A stretch of 60,987 nucleotides of DNA, the filler included. It is 3 parts of 3 records of this genome, joined end to end, with 100 filler letters (N's around TTAATTAATTAA, not from the genome) between each part and the next. Parts side by side here need not be neighbours in the genome. Positions count along the whole stretch, not along the records: positions 20,844 to 47,986 come from SRR31156797_8632; positions 48,087 to 60,987 come from SRR31156797_8638; 1 more part is not named here. One strand, written 5' to 3'. Every line of letters begins with the position of its first letter. The first letter of the stretch is position 1. The notes below the pieces were generated by a model, which saw only the letters and a list, made by a program, of their open reading frames with translations, was not told where the DNA came from and ran no database searches. Shown one piece after another: positions 39,928-49,960 of the stretch. The translations under genes were made by a program, and so were the position numbers.

Positions 39928-40074
39928 TAAATTTATTGATATAGTGCTATTTAACAATATCAGATTTCATGAATGTTAACAAAAAAATAACCCGAATTAT
40001 TTTGTTCGAATGATCAAGCAAACATAATCCTTACGAAAAATTATGCCAAAAGTAAAAACTTCATTTTACATTGA

Positions 40075-41787
40075 TTATTTTAACCATGTCTCAATCTCAT
40101 CAACCTGAATGGCCGGAACATTCAATTTGTTCTTTTTGCGATACTTATTTAATGCCTGCTGGATCTGCGCCGGCTTTGAGTCTTTGAGCACTTCAGGCGA
40201 TTCGAACCCGGCCGGTATCATATATTCGGCCCAGGTTGAAGAAATTCCGGCTTTTACAAAATCTTCAGCTGTTGGTATCGCTTTTTTCTGTTCGGGACGC
40301 ATGTGTGGGAAAAATAATACATCCTGAATCGAATTTGAGTTGGTCATGATCATGGCCAGCCGGTCAATCCCAATTCCGAGGCCCGCAGTGGGTGGCATAC
40401 CATGCTCAATGGCCTTGAGGAAATCCTCATCTAAAACCATCGATTCGTCGTCACCGCGCTTTCCAAGCTCCAATTGATCTTCAAATCTGTTCCGCTGGTC
40501 AATCGGGTCATTCAATTCTGAAAAGGCATTACACAGCTCCTTACCATTGCAAATGGCTTCGAACCGTTCCACCAGACCTTCCTTATCGCGGTGCTTTTTG
40601 GCCAATGGTGACATTTCCACAGGATAGTCTGTAATAAACGTAGGCTGGATCAGGTTGGGCTCACATTTCTCACCAAATATCTCATCAATAATTTTTCCCT
40701 TGCCCATAGTAGGATCGATTTTAACATCCAACTGTGCAGCCGTTTTCACGAGTTCCTTTTCATCCATTTCACCAATATCGATTCCGGTATACTCCTGAAT
40801 GGCTTCAAACATGGTGTATCTTTTCCATGGCCTTTTGAAGTCGATTTCCTTTTCACCTACTTTCAATACTGTATTCCCGTGAAGGTCAAGTGCCACTTTT
40901 TCAACCATTTCCTCCACCAGGTTCATCATCCATTCGTAATCCTTGTAAGCCACATAAAGCTCAATCTGGGTAAACTCCGGGTTATGAAAACGGCTCATTC
41001 CCTCATTCCTGAAATCTTTCGAGAATTCATAAACACCATCAAAACCACCCACGATCAACCTTTTCAGGTAGAGCTCGTTGGCAATCCTGAGGTAAAGCGT
41101 CATATCAAGTGTATTGTGATGTGTTTTAAAGGGCCTTGCCGCTGCGCCACCATACAAAGGTTGAAGTATCGGGGTTTCCACCTCCAGGTATCCTTTCTCA
41201 TTTAAAAAGCTTCGGATGGAATTTACCATTTTTGTCCGCTGCAAAAACGTTTTCTTCACATGCGGGTTTACGATCAAATCAACATATCGCTGCCGATAAC
41301 GCAGCTCCGGATCAGCAAAAGCATCGTAAACCTTGTCGTTTTTTTCTTTCACCACTGGCAGTGGCCTGAGTGATTTTGTTAAAAGCTTCATTTCACCGGC
41401 CTGGATTGTAGTCTCCCCCATTTTGGTGGTGAATACCTTGCCTTTTACACCAATGATATCTCCAATATCCAGCAGTTGCTTAAATACTTTATTGTAGAGG
41501 GTTTTATCTTCACCCGGGCAAATATTATCACGTTTCAGGTAGCACTGGATTCGTCCTGTAGCATCCTGTATCTCAACAAAAGAGGCAGCACCCATAATCC
41601 GGCGACTCATGATGCGCCCGGCTATACTTACATTTTCGTACTGTTGTTCAGGGTAATTTTCGAGGATCTCCTCAGCCGTAACATTCACTTCAAATTCATC
41701 GGCAGGGTATGGATCAACACCAAGGTTTATCAATTCTTTAAGCGACTGGCGCCTTATTTTTTCCTGTTCTGAAAGTATTTGTGTCAT
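40075..41787 (-). CDS. lysS: Lysine--tRNA ligase (class II)
   Basis: OB-fold [58 protein letters not shown] 41787 preferred over TTG 41796. Confidence 0.97.
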   Translation of the reverse strand: MTQILSEQEKIRRQSLKELINLGVDPYPADEFEVNVTAEEILENYPEQQYENVSIAGRIMSRRIMGAASFVEIQDATGRIQCYLKRDNICPGEDKTLYNKVFKQLLDIGDIIGVKGKVFTTKMGETTIQAGEMKLLTKSLRPLPVVKEKNDKVYDAFADPELRYRQRYVDLIVNPHVKKTFLQRTKMVNSIRSFLNEKGYLEVETPILQPLYGGAAARPFKTHHNTLDMTLYLRIANELYLKRLIVGGFDGVYEFSKDFRNEGMSRFHNPEFTQIELYVAYKDYEWMMNLVEEMVEKVALDLHGNTVLKVGEKEIDFKRPWKRYTMFEAIQEYTGIDIGEMDEKELVKTAAQLDVKIDPTMGKGKIIDEIFGEKCEPNLIQPTFITDYPVEMSPLAKKHRDKEGLVERFEAICNGKELCNAFSELNDPIDQRNRFEDQLELGKRGDDESMVLDEDFLKAIEHGMPPTAGLGIGIDRLAMIMTNSNSIQDVLFFPHMRPEQKKAIPTAEDFVKAGISSTWAEYMIPAGFESPEVLKDSKPAQIQQALNKYRKKNKLNVPAIQVDEIETWLK

Positions 41788-41806
41788 AGAATTCAAAAAA
41801 TTTGCG

Positions 41807-41880
41807 CAAAGATAGGATAAAATACCGGCCCCAAAACCCGCACATCATGGGCTCAAAAAATCTTAGATTCTGTATTTTTG
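41807..41880. promoter_or_regulatory. Divergent Bacteroidetes -7 elements for lysS and lipA
   Basis: TATCTTTG on the minus strand (41807-41814) and TATTTTTG on the plus strand (41873-41880), each about 20 nt before an ATG. Confidence 0.65.
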
Positions 41881-41899
41881 CTGACTAATTTTATTTGAA

Positions 41900-42772
41900 A
41901 TGGCCGGTAGTTACAAACGCAAACCCGATTGGTTAAAAATCAAGGTCCCATCCGGGAAGGAATATGTGCAGGTTAAGGATATTGTGAACCGCTATAAACT
42001 CCACACCATATGCACCAGCGGGCAATGTCCAAACATGGCTGAATGCTGGGGAATGGGGACGGCCACCTTTATGATTCTTGGAGATATCTGTACGCGATCC
42101 TGCAAATTCTGTGCTACGAAAACCGGCAAACCCGGATCCATAGAATTGGATGAACCCAAAAATTTGGCTGAATCTGTTCGCCTGATGAATCTGAAACACT
42201 GTGTAATCACTTCCGTTGACCGCGATGACCTTGAAGATGGTGGGGCCAATCATTGGGCTGAAACCATCAGGGAGGTAAAGCGTATAAATCCTGAAACAAC
42301 GATTGAAGGGCTGATACCAGATTTTGGTGGTGACCCGGATTTGATAAAAACTGTTTTAGATGCAGGTGCGGAAGTCATTTCTCACAACCTGGAAACTGTT
42401 CGCCGGTTGACACCAGAGGTGAGAAGTGCCGCTAAATATGAACGCAGCCTGGAAGTGATCAGGCAAATCGCCAAATCAGATTCGGTAGCAAAGTCGGGAA
42501 TTATGGTTGGAATTGGTGAAACCGAAGATGAAGTTTTTGAAACCATGGATGACCTGCTGGAAGCAGGCTGCCGTGTAATGACGATTGGACAATACCTCCA
42601 GCCGACAAAACAAAATCTTGACGTTGTTGAATACATCCATACTGATACCTTCAAAAAATGGGAAGAAACCGGCCTGGAAAAAGGTTTCGATTTTGTGGAA
42701 AGTAGCCCATTGGTGCGGTCGAGCTATCATGCGGAAAAACATGTGCGACTTTGGGTGAAAAAAGGAGAATAG
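41900..42772 (+). CDS. lipA: Lipoyl synthase
   Basis: RKPDWLK, CX4CX5C, radical-SAM CX3CX2C, VRSSYHA. Confidence 0.97.
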   Translation: MAGSYKRKPDWLKIKVPSGKEYVQVKDIVNRYKLHTICTSGQCPNMAECWGMGTATFMILGDICTRSCKFCATKTGKPGSIELDEPKNLAESVRLMNLKHCVITSVDRDDLEDGGANHWAETIREVKRINPETTIEGLIPDFGGDPDLIKTVLDAGAEVISHNLETVRRLTPEVRSAAKYERSLEVIRQIAKSDSVAKSGIMVGIGETEDEVFETMDDLLEAGCRVMTIGQYLQPTKQNLDVVEYIHTDTFKKWEETGLEKGFDFVESSPLVRSSYHAEKHVRLWVKKGE

Positions 42773-42869
42773 ATTATTGGTTATTAGGTTACTGAGTTGT
42801 TCGTTAATTGTAAAGTACGCCGGATGGTTATAGCCATCGCCCCGTTCGCCAAATGGACAATATGATAAA

Positions 42870-43550
42870 ATGAAAAAAGAAATACATTTTCAGGATTTGG
42901 GGTTGATTGCATACAAGGAGGCCTGGGACTTTCAGGAAGAACTGTTTGCCAAAAAACTGAATAAAAAAATGACAGGTGAGCCGGTTGAAAACCACCTGCT
43001 GTTTTGCGAACACCCACATGTTTACACGCTCGGGAAAAGCGGATCGGAAAACAACCTGCTGGTCAACAACAAAATGTTACAATCCCTGAATGTCTCCTTT
43101 TTCAAAACAAACCGGGGTGGCGATATCACCTATCACGGCCCGGGACAAATTGTAGGGTATCCAATTTTGGACCTCGAAAACTTTGGACTTGGCGTCAAAT
43201 CTTACATCGAACTGCTGGAACAGAGCATCATTAATGTGCTTAACGAATTCGGGATTACCGGCGAAAGACTTGATGGGGCTACCGGAGTTTGGTTGGATAC
43301 AAAAGTCCCAGGGAAGGCACGTAAAATTTGTGCCATCGGCGTTAAAGCCAGCCGCCATATCACCATGCATGGCTTTGCTTTTAATGTAAATACCGATTTA
43401 AAATTCTTTGAGATGATCAATCCCTGTGGTTTTACGGATAAGGCAGTAACTTCGCTGGAAAAGGAATCAGGAAAAAAAATGGATTTTGAAGTTATTAAAC
43501 ACTTGGTAAAAGTTAGTATTTTTCAATTGCTAAGAAGCAGAAAAAATTGA
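42870..43550 (+). CDS. lipB: Lipoyl(octanoyl) transferase
   Basis: EHPHVYTLG, RGGDITYHGPGQ, KICAIG, HGFAFNV, PCG. Confidence 0.97.
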   Translation: MKKEIHFQDLGLIAYKEAWDFQEELFAKKLNKKMTGEPVENHLLFCEHPHVYTLGKSGSENNLLVNNKMLQSLNVSFFKTNRGGDITYHGPGQIVGYPILDLENFGLGVKSYIELLEQSIINVLNEFGITGERLDGATGVWLDTKVPGKARKICAIGVKASRHITMHGFAFNVNTDLKFFEMINPCGFTDKAVTSLEKESGKKMDFEVIKHLVKVSIFQLLRSRKN

Positions 43551-43554
43551 TCAC

Positions 43555-43794
43555 CTACTGATGATCTGATATTTCGACTACTATAAAAGTTTCCTTGTTT
43601 TCGAAATAGCCAATTGCACGATACTTTTTTGTTATTCTAAAATAAAAAACCCCTTCAGTTTTTGGTCCTCGCTTCCGCAAATCAACCTGTCCAAAATACC
43701 CCATCTCAATGTACTTCTTTGCTTTCAAATATGGTTTAACTATATTCCGATCTTTCAGATACTCAACCACACCTTCCTCTTCAAATACATTCAT
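43555..43794 (-). CDS. Probable RelE/ParE-superfamily toxin
   Basis: 79 aa, basic; FYFRITKKYRAI...VVEISDH resembles the RelE/HigB/YoeB C-terminal strands; ATGA overlap with the upstream small gene. Confidence 0.6.
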   Translation of the reverse strand: MNVFEEEGVVEYLKDRNIVKPYLKAKKYIEMGYFGQVDLRKRGPKTEGVFYFRITKKYRAIGYFENKETFIVVEISDHQ

Positions 43795-43997
43795 CCTTGA
43801 AAATTTGAAAGATTTTTATCAGGATTGTTTTTCGAGTTCTGAATTTTTTCCAACACATTAGGGGTGAATTCATCTTCATCAACATGATAAAACTTAACAG
43901 GAGAAAAATCCTTCAGTACTTGAAATAATTCTTCAAGGCTTTCGAAATTGGTTTTCGGCAAACCGTTTATATTTTCATTAATTGTTATGGTTGTCAT
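43791..43997 (-). CDS. Probable antitoxin
   Basis: 68 aa, N-terminal beta-strand MTTITI, acidic centre; own TAACTTTG -7 element at 44017-44024. Confidence 0.5.
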   Translation of the reverse strand: MTTITINENINGLPKTNFESLEELFQVLKDFSPVKFYHVDEDEFTPNVLEKIQNSKNNPDKNLSNFQG

Positions 43998-44037
43998 GTT
44001 TAAATATTTTCTCCGACAAAGTTACAAAACACAAAAC

Positions 44038-45960
44038 TTAATCATGAAATCTCCACGAAAGCCCAAACTTAAAAGCCATATCCTGTAATGGGTAGCCGGG
44101 AACCTGGTAATAATTATTTTCAGTAAACGGCTGAAGAATATTTTGCATTTTCATGAAAAATCGGGTTCGGGCCACATTGAAATCCAGGAAAAAGTCGGCA
44201 TGAAGGTATCCCCCCACTTCTTTTTCGTTTTGTGTAAAAAATGTCCGGGTGGCAGGCATCCAGGCATCAGCGTAATATTTTGTGAAATAATACACATCAA
44301 ATCCTGACCGTGTGCGCAAAGCGCCTTTGAACAGGTTTAAATTGAAGGTAATCGTGAAATATGCCATCAATTCGGGCAAACGCACCACATCTTCATTGGA
44401 AGCTTTCTGATAAATGAAACGACCATCCACATCAAACTTACCAAGCACAAATTTTTGCCTCAGGTAGGCTTTAAATATTTCTACTGAACCGTCCAGTTGG
44501 GCAGGCATAGTATCCGTTCCAAAATACAGGTGATCGTTTATATTTATAAGGTCTACCCCAAGCTTTGTATTGCGTTGGGTGATGAAAGCAGAAATTTTAT
44601 TGGTATTTACTTTTGAGAAATCGTGATCCCAGATAAAATGATTGGAAAAATAATGTTTGGAAAAATAGGGCGCCTCCGAATTTGAAAGATCCAAAGCAAA
44701 ATTAAATGCTGTTTTGTAAGGTTTGCTTCGCAGGATTTCAAATTTTGCCAGACCATAGATATCAAAATCACCCTGGTAACCTTGGCCGGTTAAAACATAT
44801 GAGGCTTTGCCATAAACCCTGATAAACGGATGAGGATACAGGTGAATCTCACCATATGGGATCAGATTTTCAAATGTAGATTTCCTGATTGAATCCTGTA
44901 CACGACCCACCTGGTGCTTTACGCCGAACATCAATTTCACAGGCTGCTCGTTGAGCCTGTCCAGGTAATCGGCATTGGTCCAGGAAAATGTATTTTCCAT
45001 CACATGATAAAAAACGGAGTCCAGTGTTTCAAGGGAATCGATATAAATTTTCGGATAATATTCATTAACAGGAAAGGCATCTGCATAAACGTGTGAATAC
45101 CTGTTGTATTTAAATGAGTGGGCAATCCTCCCGAACTTCAGCCGGAATTTTTTATGTGTCTCATCAACAGAATCATTATCTGGTGTTTTATCTTTTCGCG
45201 AAAGCTGAAAATATTGCTGAAGATAAACCCCGGATTTTCTTAACCGGTTTTCCGCTTCATTTAACCTCACTTCAATAATCGAGCGGTTGGTTTCGATGTC
45301 CTGCTCATAAATTGAATCATAAATAATACCGCCATTTTCCCGGGCTGTTATCCTGGCACTGGAATAATTGGCTATTACGCCATACCGCAAATCCCTGGTG
45401 AAATACTGGGCGCTACCAACAACTTTTGTGTTATCGGATTTTTGCCGTTGGTAACTCCCCAAAGAGTTGATCAAACTAAAATCGACACCAATAGCCAGTC
45501 GTTTAAAAACCCGCTGGTGATGGCTGGCGTTAAACAGCTGTTCTTTATCGGCACCGGTTACGTAGCCAATTTTTGTAAATGCTTTTGGATTCAGGTAATA
45601 TTTTAATTCATCCTGATGATAAAAATAGGCATCGAAAGCGCTTTTCCCATAATCAAACCCTACATTATTTTCGGGAGTGAAATCCAGGTTTTTGTAGGCC
45701 AGGCCCACATTTCCAAGGGAAGCATAAAACAAGTGCATGGTGTCCAGCGGATTGTAGGCTTCAAAATCGTAAAGAGTTGTGTCGTAAGGCGTTAACTTTA
45801 CCGGGCTGTATGTATCGAGTTTATTATGAAAATAAAGAACCGCAGTTGAGTCGGATGGATAAAAAGTAGAATCGTAGGTTTGGGCAATACTAACGCTCCC
45901 CTGGAACAAGCCAAACAATAGGATCACAAGAATCCCCACATATTTAAAATATCTATTCAT
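44038..45960 (-). CDS. Putative porin (Bacteroidetes outer-membrane beta-barrel, Porin_10-like)
   Basis: ATG 45960 gives a signal peptide; LGNVG.A, S.GSYQRQ, Y.PAT..F..Q, P.YP...FKFGLSWRFHD motifs. Confidence 0.75.
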   Translation of the reverse strand: MNRYFKYVGILVILLFGLFQGSVSIAQTYDSTFYPSDSTAVLYFHNKLDTYSPVKLTPYDTTLYDFEAYNPLDTMHLFYASLGNVGLAYKNLDFTPENNVGFDYGKSAFDAYFYHQDELKYYLNPKAFTKIGYVTGADKEQLFNASHHQRVFKRLAIGVDFSLINSLGSYQRQKSDNTKVVGSAQYFTRDLRYGVIANYSSARITARENGGIIYDSIYEQDIETNRSIIEVRLNEAENRLRKSGVYLQQYFQLSRKDKTPDNDSVDETHKKFRLKFGRIAHSFKYNRYSHVYADAFPVNEYYPKIYIDSLETLDSVFYHVMENTFSWTNADYLDRLNEQPVKLMFGVKHQVGRVQDSIRKSTFENLIPYGEIHLYPHPFIRVYGKASYVLTGQGYQGDFDIYGLAKFEILRSKPYKTAFNFALDLSNSEAPYFSKHYFSNHFIWDHDFSKVNTNKISAFITQRNTKLGVDLININDHLYFGTDTMPAQLDGSVEIFKAYLRQKFVLGKFDVDGRFIYQKASNEDVVRLPELMAYFTITFNLNLFKGALRTRSGFDVYYFTKYYADAWMPATRTFFTQNEKEVGGYLHADFFLDFNVARTRFFMKMQNILQPFTENNYYQVPGYPLQDMAFKFGLSWRFHD

Positions 45961-46120
45961 TTTTTCCGGAACCAAAAATAACACAAAATGTCGCCCTGTA
46001 ATTGTTTGCACCTATCAATACTCGAATAATTTAAATCTATTGCTTTTTCGACATGTTTTTTAATAAATACAATCAATAATATTTTTAATTTCGTTCATCT
46101 ACATGCATTAAAAATACCAA

Positions 46121-47452
46121 ATGCGAAAATTTTACATCTTATTTTTTCTGGTGAACCTACTGCTAAGTTCCTGGTTTCTGGACACCTGGAACAACGCCAA
46201 CACAACATCAAGAGCATTACCTGTGGTTTCATATTATGAAAATGGAAACCTGAGGATTGATGATCACCATGAATTAACCCAGGATAAAGCTAAAATCGGA
46301 GATCACTACTACACAGATAAAGCTCCTTTACCTACCTTGATTACGATTCCATTTTATGGTTTGATAAAAAAACTGGGGTGGGTGGATGAATCAAATCAGG
46401 ATGGACCCGGAACCGCCGTCTATATTTCAGGCAGCATTTTGTTTGGATCACTGATTTTTTCACTGATCCTGCTTTTCACTCTACAGCAAATCAGAATAAC
46501 AAAAACCTCCATTTCACCAGTAATTCTTGTGATGATGCCCTTTTATGGTTCATTTATTTTTGTCTATTCCGGGACTTTTTATGCGCATCTGGCCTCATCG
46601 CTGTTTGTATTGCTGGGTTATCTGATGATCAGAAAACATCAATTTTTACTTGCCGGGATTTTTACAGGTTTGGGGTTTTTGTGCGAGTACACAGTTGCAC
46701 TTTTCTTTCCGGTTTGGGTATTGCAGGTATGGATACAGGAAAAAAGTTTTTACAGGGGATTTTTATTTGGCCTGGGAACCATGCCTGCAATAATTTTCAT
46801 CGGGATTTACAACTTCGTTTTTACGGGTTCTCCTTTTGAAATGCTTTACAAATACCACACATACCAATTCCTGCATGAAAATTATGGCTTTCGCCTACCT
46901 TCGTTAGCATCCATTTGGGGATTGACTTTTAGTAACTTTAAAGGAATGATTTTTTACACGCCGCTTCTGCTCCTCGGGCTATTTATGGTTTTTAAGAAAT
47001 TCAGCTTAAAAAAAATCTCCACAAACTATCTGACCTGGATTTCCATTTTCTTTTTCCTGTTTATCGCCTCATATGACGTGTGGTGGGGAGGTTGGTGTTA
47101 TGGGCCGAGGCTGTTATCTCCGATAGCTGTTCTGTTAATATTTGAGGGGATCTTGGTACTGTCTAAGCAAAAATTTTCAGCAACTTTTTTTTGGCTATTA
47201 ACCGGTTTTGGGCTGGTTGGAGCTTTTCTTGCTAAAATTACCGTAGTTTACTCCATACCAAGCGAATCGGCAAATCCATTCATCGACACGATTTTTCCAA
47301 ACATTCGCCTCGGGAATTTCAACCCGAATAATCTGATGACGATGATCTTCGGGATAGATCCGCTCATTTCGGGATTTTTATGGTTGGGGATTTTTGTTTC
47401 TTCAATCATCATGCTGAACCAGTTACATCGGAAAACAATCTTACATCATTAA
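46121..47452 (+). CDS. Polytopic membrane protein, probable GT-C-type glycosyltransferase
   Basis: About 11-12 TM helices, periplasmic loop YYTDKAP, WWGGWCYGPRLL motif. Confidence 0.55.
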   Translation: MRKFYILFFLVNLLLSSWFLDTWNNANTTSRALPVVSYYENGNLRIDDHHELTQDKAKIGDHYYTDKAPLPTLITIPFYGLIKKLGWVDESNQDGPGTAVYISGSILFGSLIFSLILLFTLQQIRITKTSISPVILVMMPFYGSFIFVYSGTFYAHLASSLFVLLGYLMIRKHQFLLAGIFTGLGFLCEYTVALFFPVWVLQVWIQEKSFYRGFLFGLGTMPAIIFIGIYNFVFTGSPFEMLYKYHTYQFLHENYGFRLPSLASIWGLTFSNFKGMIFYTPLLLLGLFMVFKKFSLKKISTNYLTWISIFFFLFIASYDVWWGGWCYGPRLLSPIAVLLIFEGILVLSKQKFSATFFWLLTGFGLVGAFLAKITVVYSIPSESANPFIDTIFPNIRLGNFNPNNLMTMIFGIDPLISGFLWLGIFVSSIIMLNQLHRKTILHH

Positions 47453-47517
47453 TTGGTAAAACATCAAATATGGCCAGGCATCTCTGGTCGTAAAATCATC
47501 CATGACATATTTCTCTA

Positions 47518-47793
47518 ATCTAATTGATCGGATTATACGAATAAAAAATTCGTTTCATTAGTGCAATTCGATGATGATTTTAGGCTGAATATGATGGGTG
47601 ATTGCAGATCAACAACATCGGATATTTTCTATCATCATCTAATTTATCGGATTGAACGAATTAAAAATTCGTTGCATTAGCGCAATTCGATGATAATTCT
47701 TTATTGAGTCCGGAAGCAGAAGGTAGATTCATTTTTATCCGTTGTTCTTTTTTGCCTCATCTGATTTATCGGTTTGAAAGTACTAAAAAATCC
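47518..47793. repeat. 58-bp direct repeat, two full copies and one degenerate copy, period about 120 bp
   Basis: 47518-47575 and 47637-47694 match at 52/58; a partial third copy starts at 47759; internal ACGAAT-N5-ATTCGT dyad. Confidence 0.8.
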
Positions 47794-47862
47794 TGGATGA
47801 TGAAAGCCCGAAGCGGAATGATATAAGAAGGCGGGGATTTTTTTAAAAGCAGAACAGGGCAT

Positions 47863-47899
47863 AAAAAAACCCCGAATCAATTAAATGAAACGGGGTTTT
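47863..47899 (-). terminator. rRNA operon terminator
   Basis: AAAACCCCG...CGGGGTTTT stem with a T7 run on the minus strand, just downstream of the 5S rRNA. Confidence 0.8.
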
Positions 47900-47907
47900 A
47901 TAAGAAT

Positions 47908-47986
47908 TTGGCGACGACCTACTTTTCCACCTTTCGGCAGTATCATCAGCGCTGGTGGGCTTAACTTCTCTGTTCGGAATGGGAAG
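47908..47986 (-). rRNA. rrf: 5S rRNA, 3' part (truncated by contig end)
   Basis: Reverse complement reads CTTCCCATTCCGAACAGAGAAGTTAAGCCC...GATGATACTG...AGTAGGTCGTCGCCA. Confidence 0.95.
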
Positions 47987-48086
47987 NNNNNNNNNNNNNN
48001 NNNNNNNNNNNNNNNNNNNNNNNNNNNNNNTTAATTAATTAANNNNNNNNNNNNNNNNNNNNNNNNNNNNNNNNNNNNNNNNNNNN
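47987..48086. other. Artificial contig spacer
   Basis: 44 N + TTAATTAATTAA + 44 N, identical to the first spacer. Confidence 0.98.
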
Positions 48087-48545
48087 TTGTTTACCAGGCA
48101 TAGAATCAAGTGTAAACCTTGCTGTAACTTCTGCAACCCTTGTTGCACCTTTTGTTACAACCATAAAGTTAATCAATACAAGGATAATAAATACGATAAT
48201 ACCAATTACCATATTTCCACCAACAACAAAGTCCCCAAATGCAGAGATAATAGAACTTACTGCCTCTGGACCATTATGCCCTTCACTTAAAATTGACCTA
48301 GTTGTTGCAATATTTAAAGACAACCTAAAAAGTGCCAATATAAGAATGATAGTAGGGAAAGTGGTTAAATCAGATGGTCTTTGAATATATAAAGATATTA
48401 ATAAAATCAATAATGACAAAGACAATGAAATAACAAGGAAAAAATCCAGCATACCTTTTGGTAGTGGAACAATAATAATCATTAATATAGCTACAAATAG
48501 TGCAACTACAAATAAATCTTTTGATAGAAATTTTTTTAAATTCAT
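48087..48545 (-). CDS. flhA: Flagellar export gate protein FlhA, N-terminal part (truncated)
   Basis: FP..IL...[37 protein letters not shown]. Confidence 0.95.
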
Positions 48546-48655
48546 CTAGTACTTTATCTATTTAACAAGGTTTTTTAAAGATGATTTATTTTGATTAAAA
48601 GTTAAGCTATAAGATAAAAATATCATAGAGTATGTTGAAGTATTTTTTAAAATCA

Positions 48656-49960
48656 TTATTTAAAAACCTCCTTGAATTTTGTAACTATCTCATTGAAGTT
48701 ATATTGTTCTTTCATACTTTGAGTTAAGAAATTTCTTATTTTATCTTTTCGTGCAAGTGCATCATCCAATTCTGGGTCCATACCTTCTTTGTATGCACCA
48801 ACTCTTACTAAAACTTCATTCTCTTTAATTAGAGATAATATCCTTTTTAGCTTTAAAAAATCATTATAGTGGTCATCACTAACTACTTTATCCATAACCC
48901 TTGAAGCAGATTTTAAAATATTAATTGGTGGATAAAAACCCTGCTCTGTTAAATCTCTTGTTAATACAATATGTCCATCTAAAATAGATCTACTTTGGTC
49001 AGCAATAGGGTCATTCATATCATCACCATCTACTAATACTGTAAAAAATGCAGTAATAGAACCCTTTGCATTATTACCTGCTCTTTCCATTAGTTGTGGA
49101 AGAAGTGCAAAAACTGAAGGTGGATATCCACGACTAACTGGTGGTTCTCCTGTACTAAGTCCTATTTCTCTTTGTGCCATTGCAAATCTTGTAACCGAGT
49201 CCATCATAAGAAGAACATCATGCCCTTTATCTCTAAAAAATTCTGCAATTGCCATTGCTGTAAAGGCACCATATTTTCTCATCAATGAAGATTCATCTGA
49301 TGTTGCTGCAACAATAATTGTATTTTCTAAATCATCATTTAAATTATAATGAATAAACTCAGGAATTTCACGCCCTCTTTCCCCAATAAGTGCGACAACT
49401 TTTATTTGTGCTTCGCAACCTTTTACAATCATCCCCATTAATGTTGATTTACCTACACCAGAACCTGCAAAAATACCTACTTTTTGACCTTTTCCTGATG
49501 TTAGCATTGAATCTATTGGTTTAACTCCTGTAGAGAATCTTTCATTAATAATTCCTCTTTCAAGAGCTGGCATCGATAGTTTATTTATTGCTGAACTCTC
49601 TTCTAGGTTGCTAATTTTCCCTTTATCATCAATTGGCTCACCTAAAGCGTTTACTACTCTTCCTAAAAGTCCATATCCAGCTTTTACAGATAATCCTTCT
49701 TTTTGTAAATAAACCTTATCATTTATTCTAAAACCTTCAATGAAAGAGAAAGGAACAATAGTAAAACTTCCAGATTCTATTGAAGCTACCATTCCTAAAA
49801 CTGTATAGATATGAGATTGTGATTCTATTCTTACAATATCTCCAACTGCAACTTCAATTCCATTTGCTTTAATTGTAGTTGAAGAGATGTGAACAATTCT
49901 ACCAAAAGGGATTGAAAGGTTTGAAGAATCTATGTTATTTAATAATTTATCTATATCCAT
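48656..49960 (-). CDS. fliI: Flagellar export ATPase
   Basis: GIFAGSGVGKSTL, ALIGERGRE, DSVTRFAMAQRE, GEPP...GYPPSVF. Confidence 0.96.
   Translation of the reverse strand: MDIDKLLNNIDSSNLSIPFGRIVHISSTTIKANGIEVAVGDIVRIESQSHIYTVLGMVASIESGSFTIVPFSFIEGFRINDKVYLQKEGLSVKAGYGLLGRVVNALGEPIDDKGKISNLEESSAINKLSMPALERGIINERFSTGVKPIDSMLTSGKGQKVGIFAGSGVGKSTLMGMIVKGCEAQIKVVALIGERGREIPEFIHYNLNDDLENTIIVAATSDESSLMRKYGAFTAMAIAEFFRDKGHDVLLMMDSVTRFAMAQREIGLSTGEPPVSRGYPPSVFALLPQLMERAGNNAKGSITAFFTVLVDGDDMNDPIADQSRSILDGHIVLTRDLTEQGFYPPINILKSASRVMDKVVSDDHYNDFLKLKRILSLIKENEVLVRVGAYKEGMDPELDDALARKDKIRNFLTQSMKEQYNFNEIVTKFKEVFK

Noticed and set aside
40033-40048. sigma54 promoter upstream of the TPR gene (TGGCATAATTTTTCGT, minus strand)
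   Set aside because: The -12 element is off-register (CG where GC is expected), and a normal TAnnTTTG element lies closer to the gene.
47518-47793. CRISPR array
   Set aside because: The 58-bp repeat and >60-nt spacers are outside normal ranges, only 2-3 degenerate units exist, and there are no cas genes. Kept as a repeat.
47785-47845. Hammerhead-like ribozyme (GATGATGAAAGCCCGAAGCGG)
   Set aside because: It lacks the CUGAUGA and GAAA core in the right arrangement; more likely a second terminator-like hairpin.
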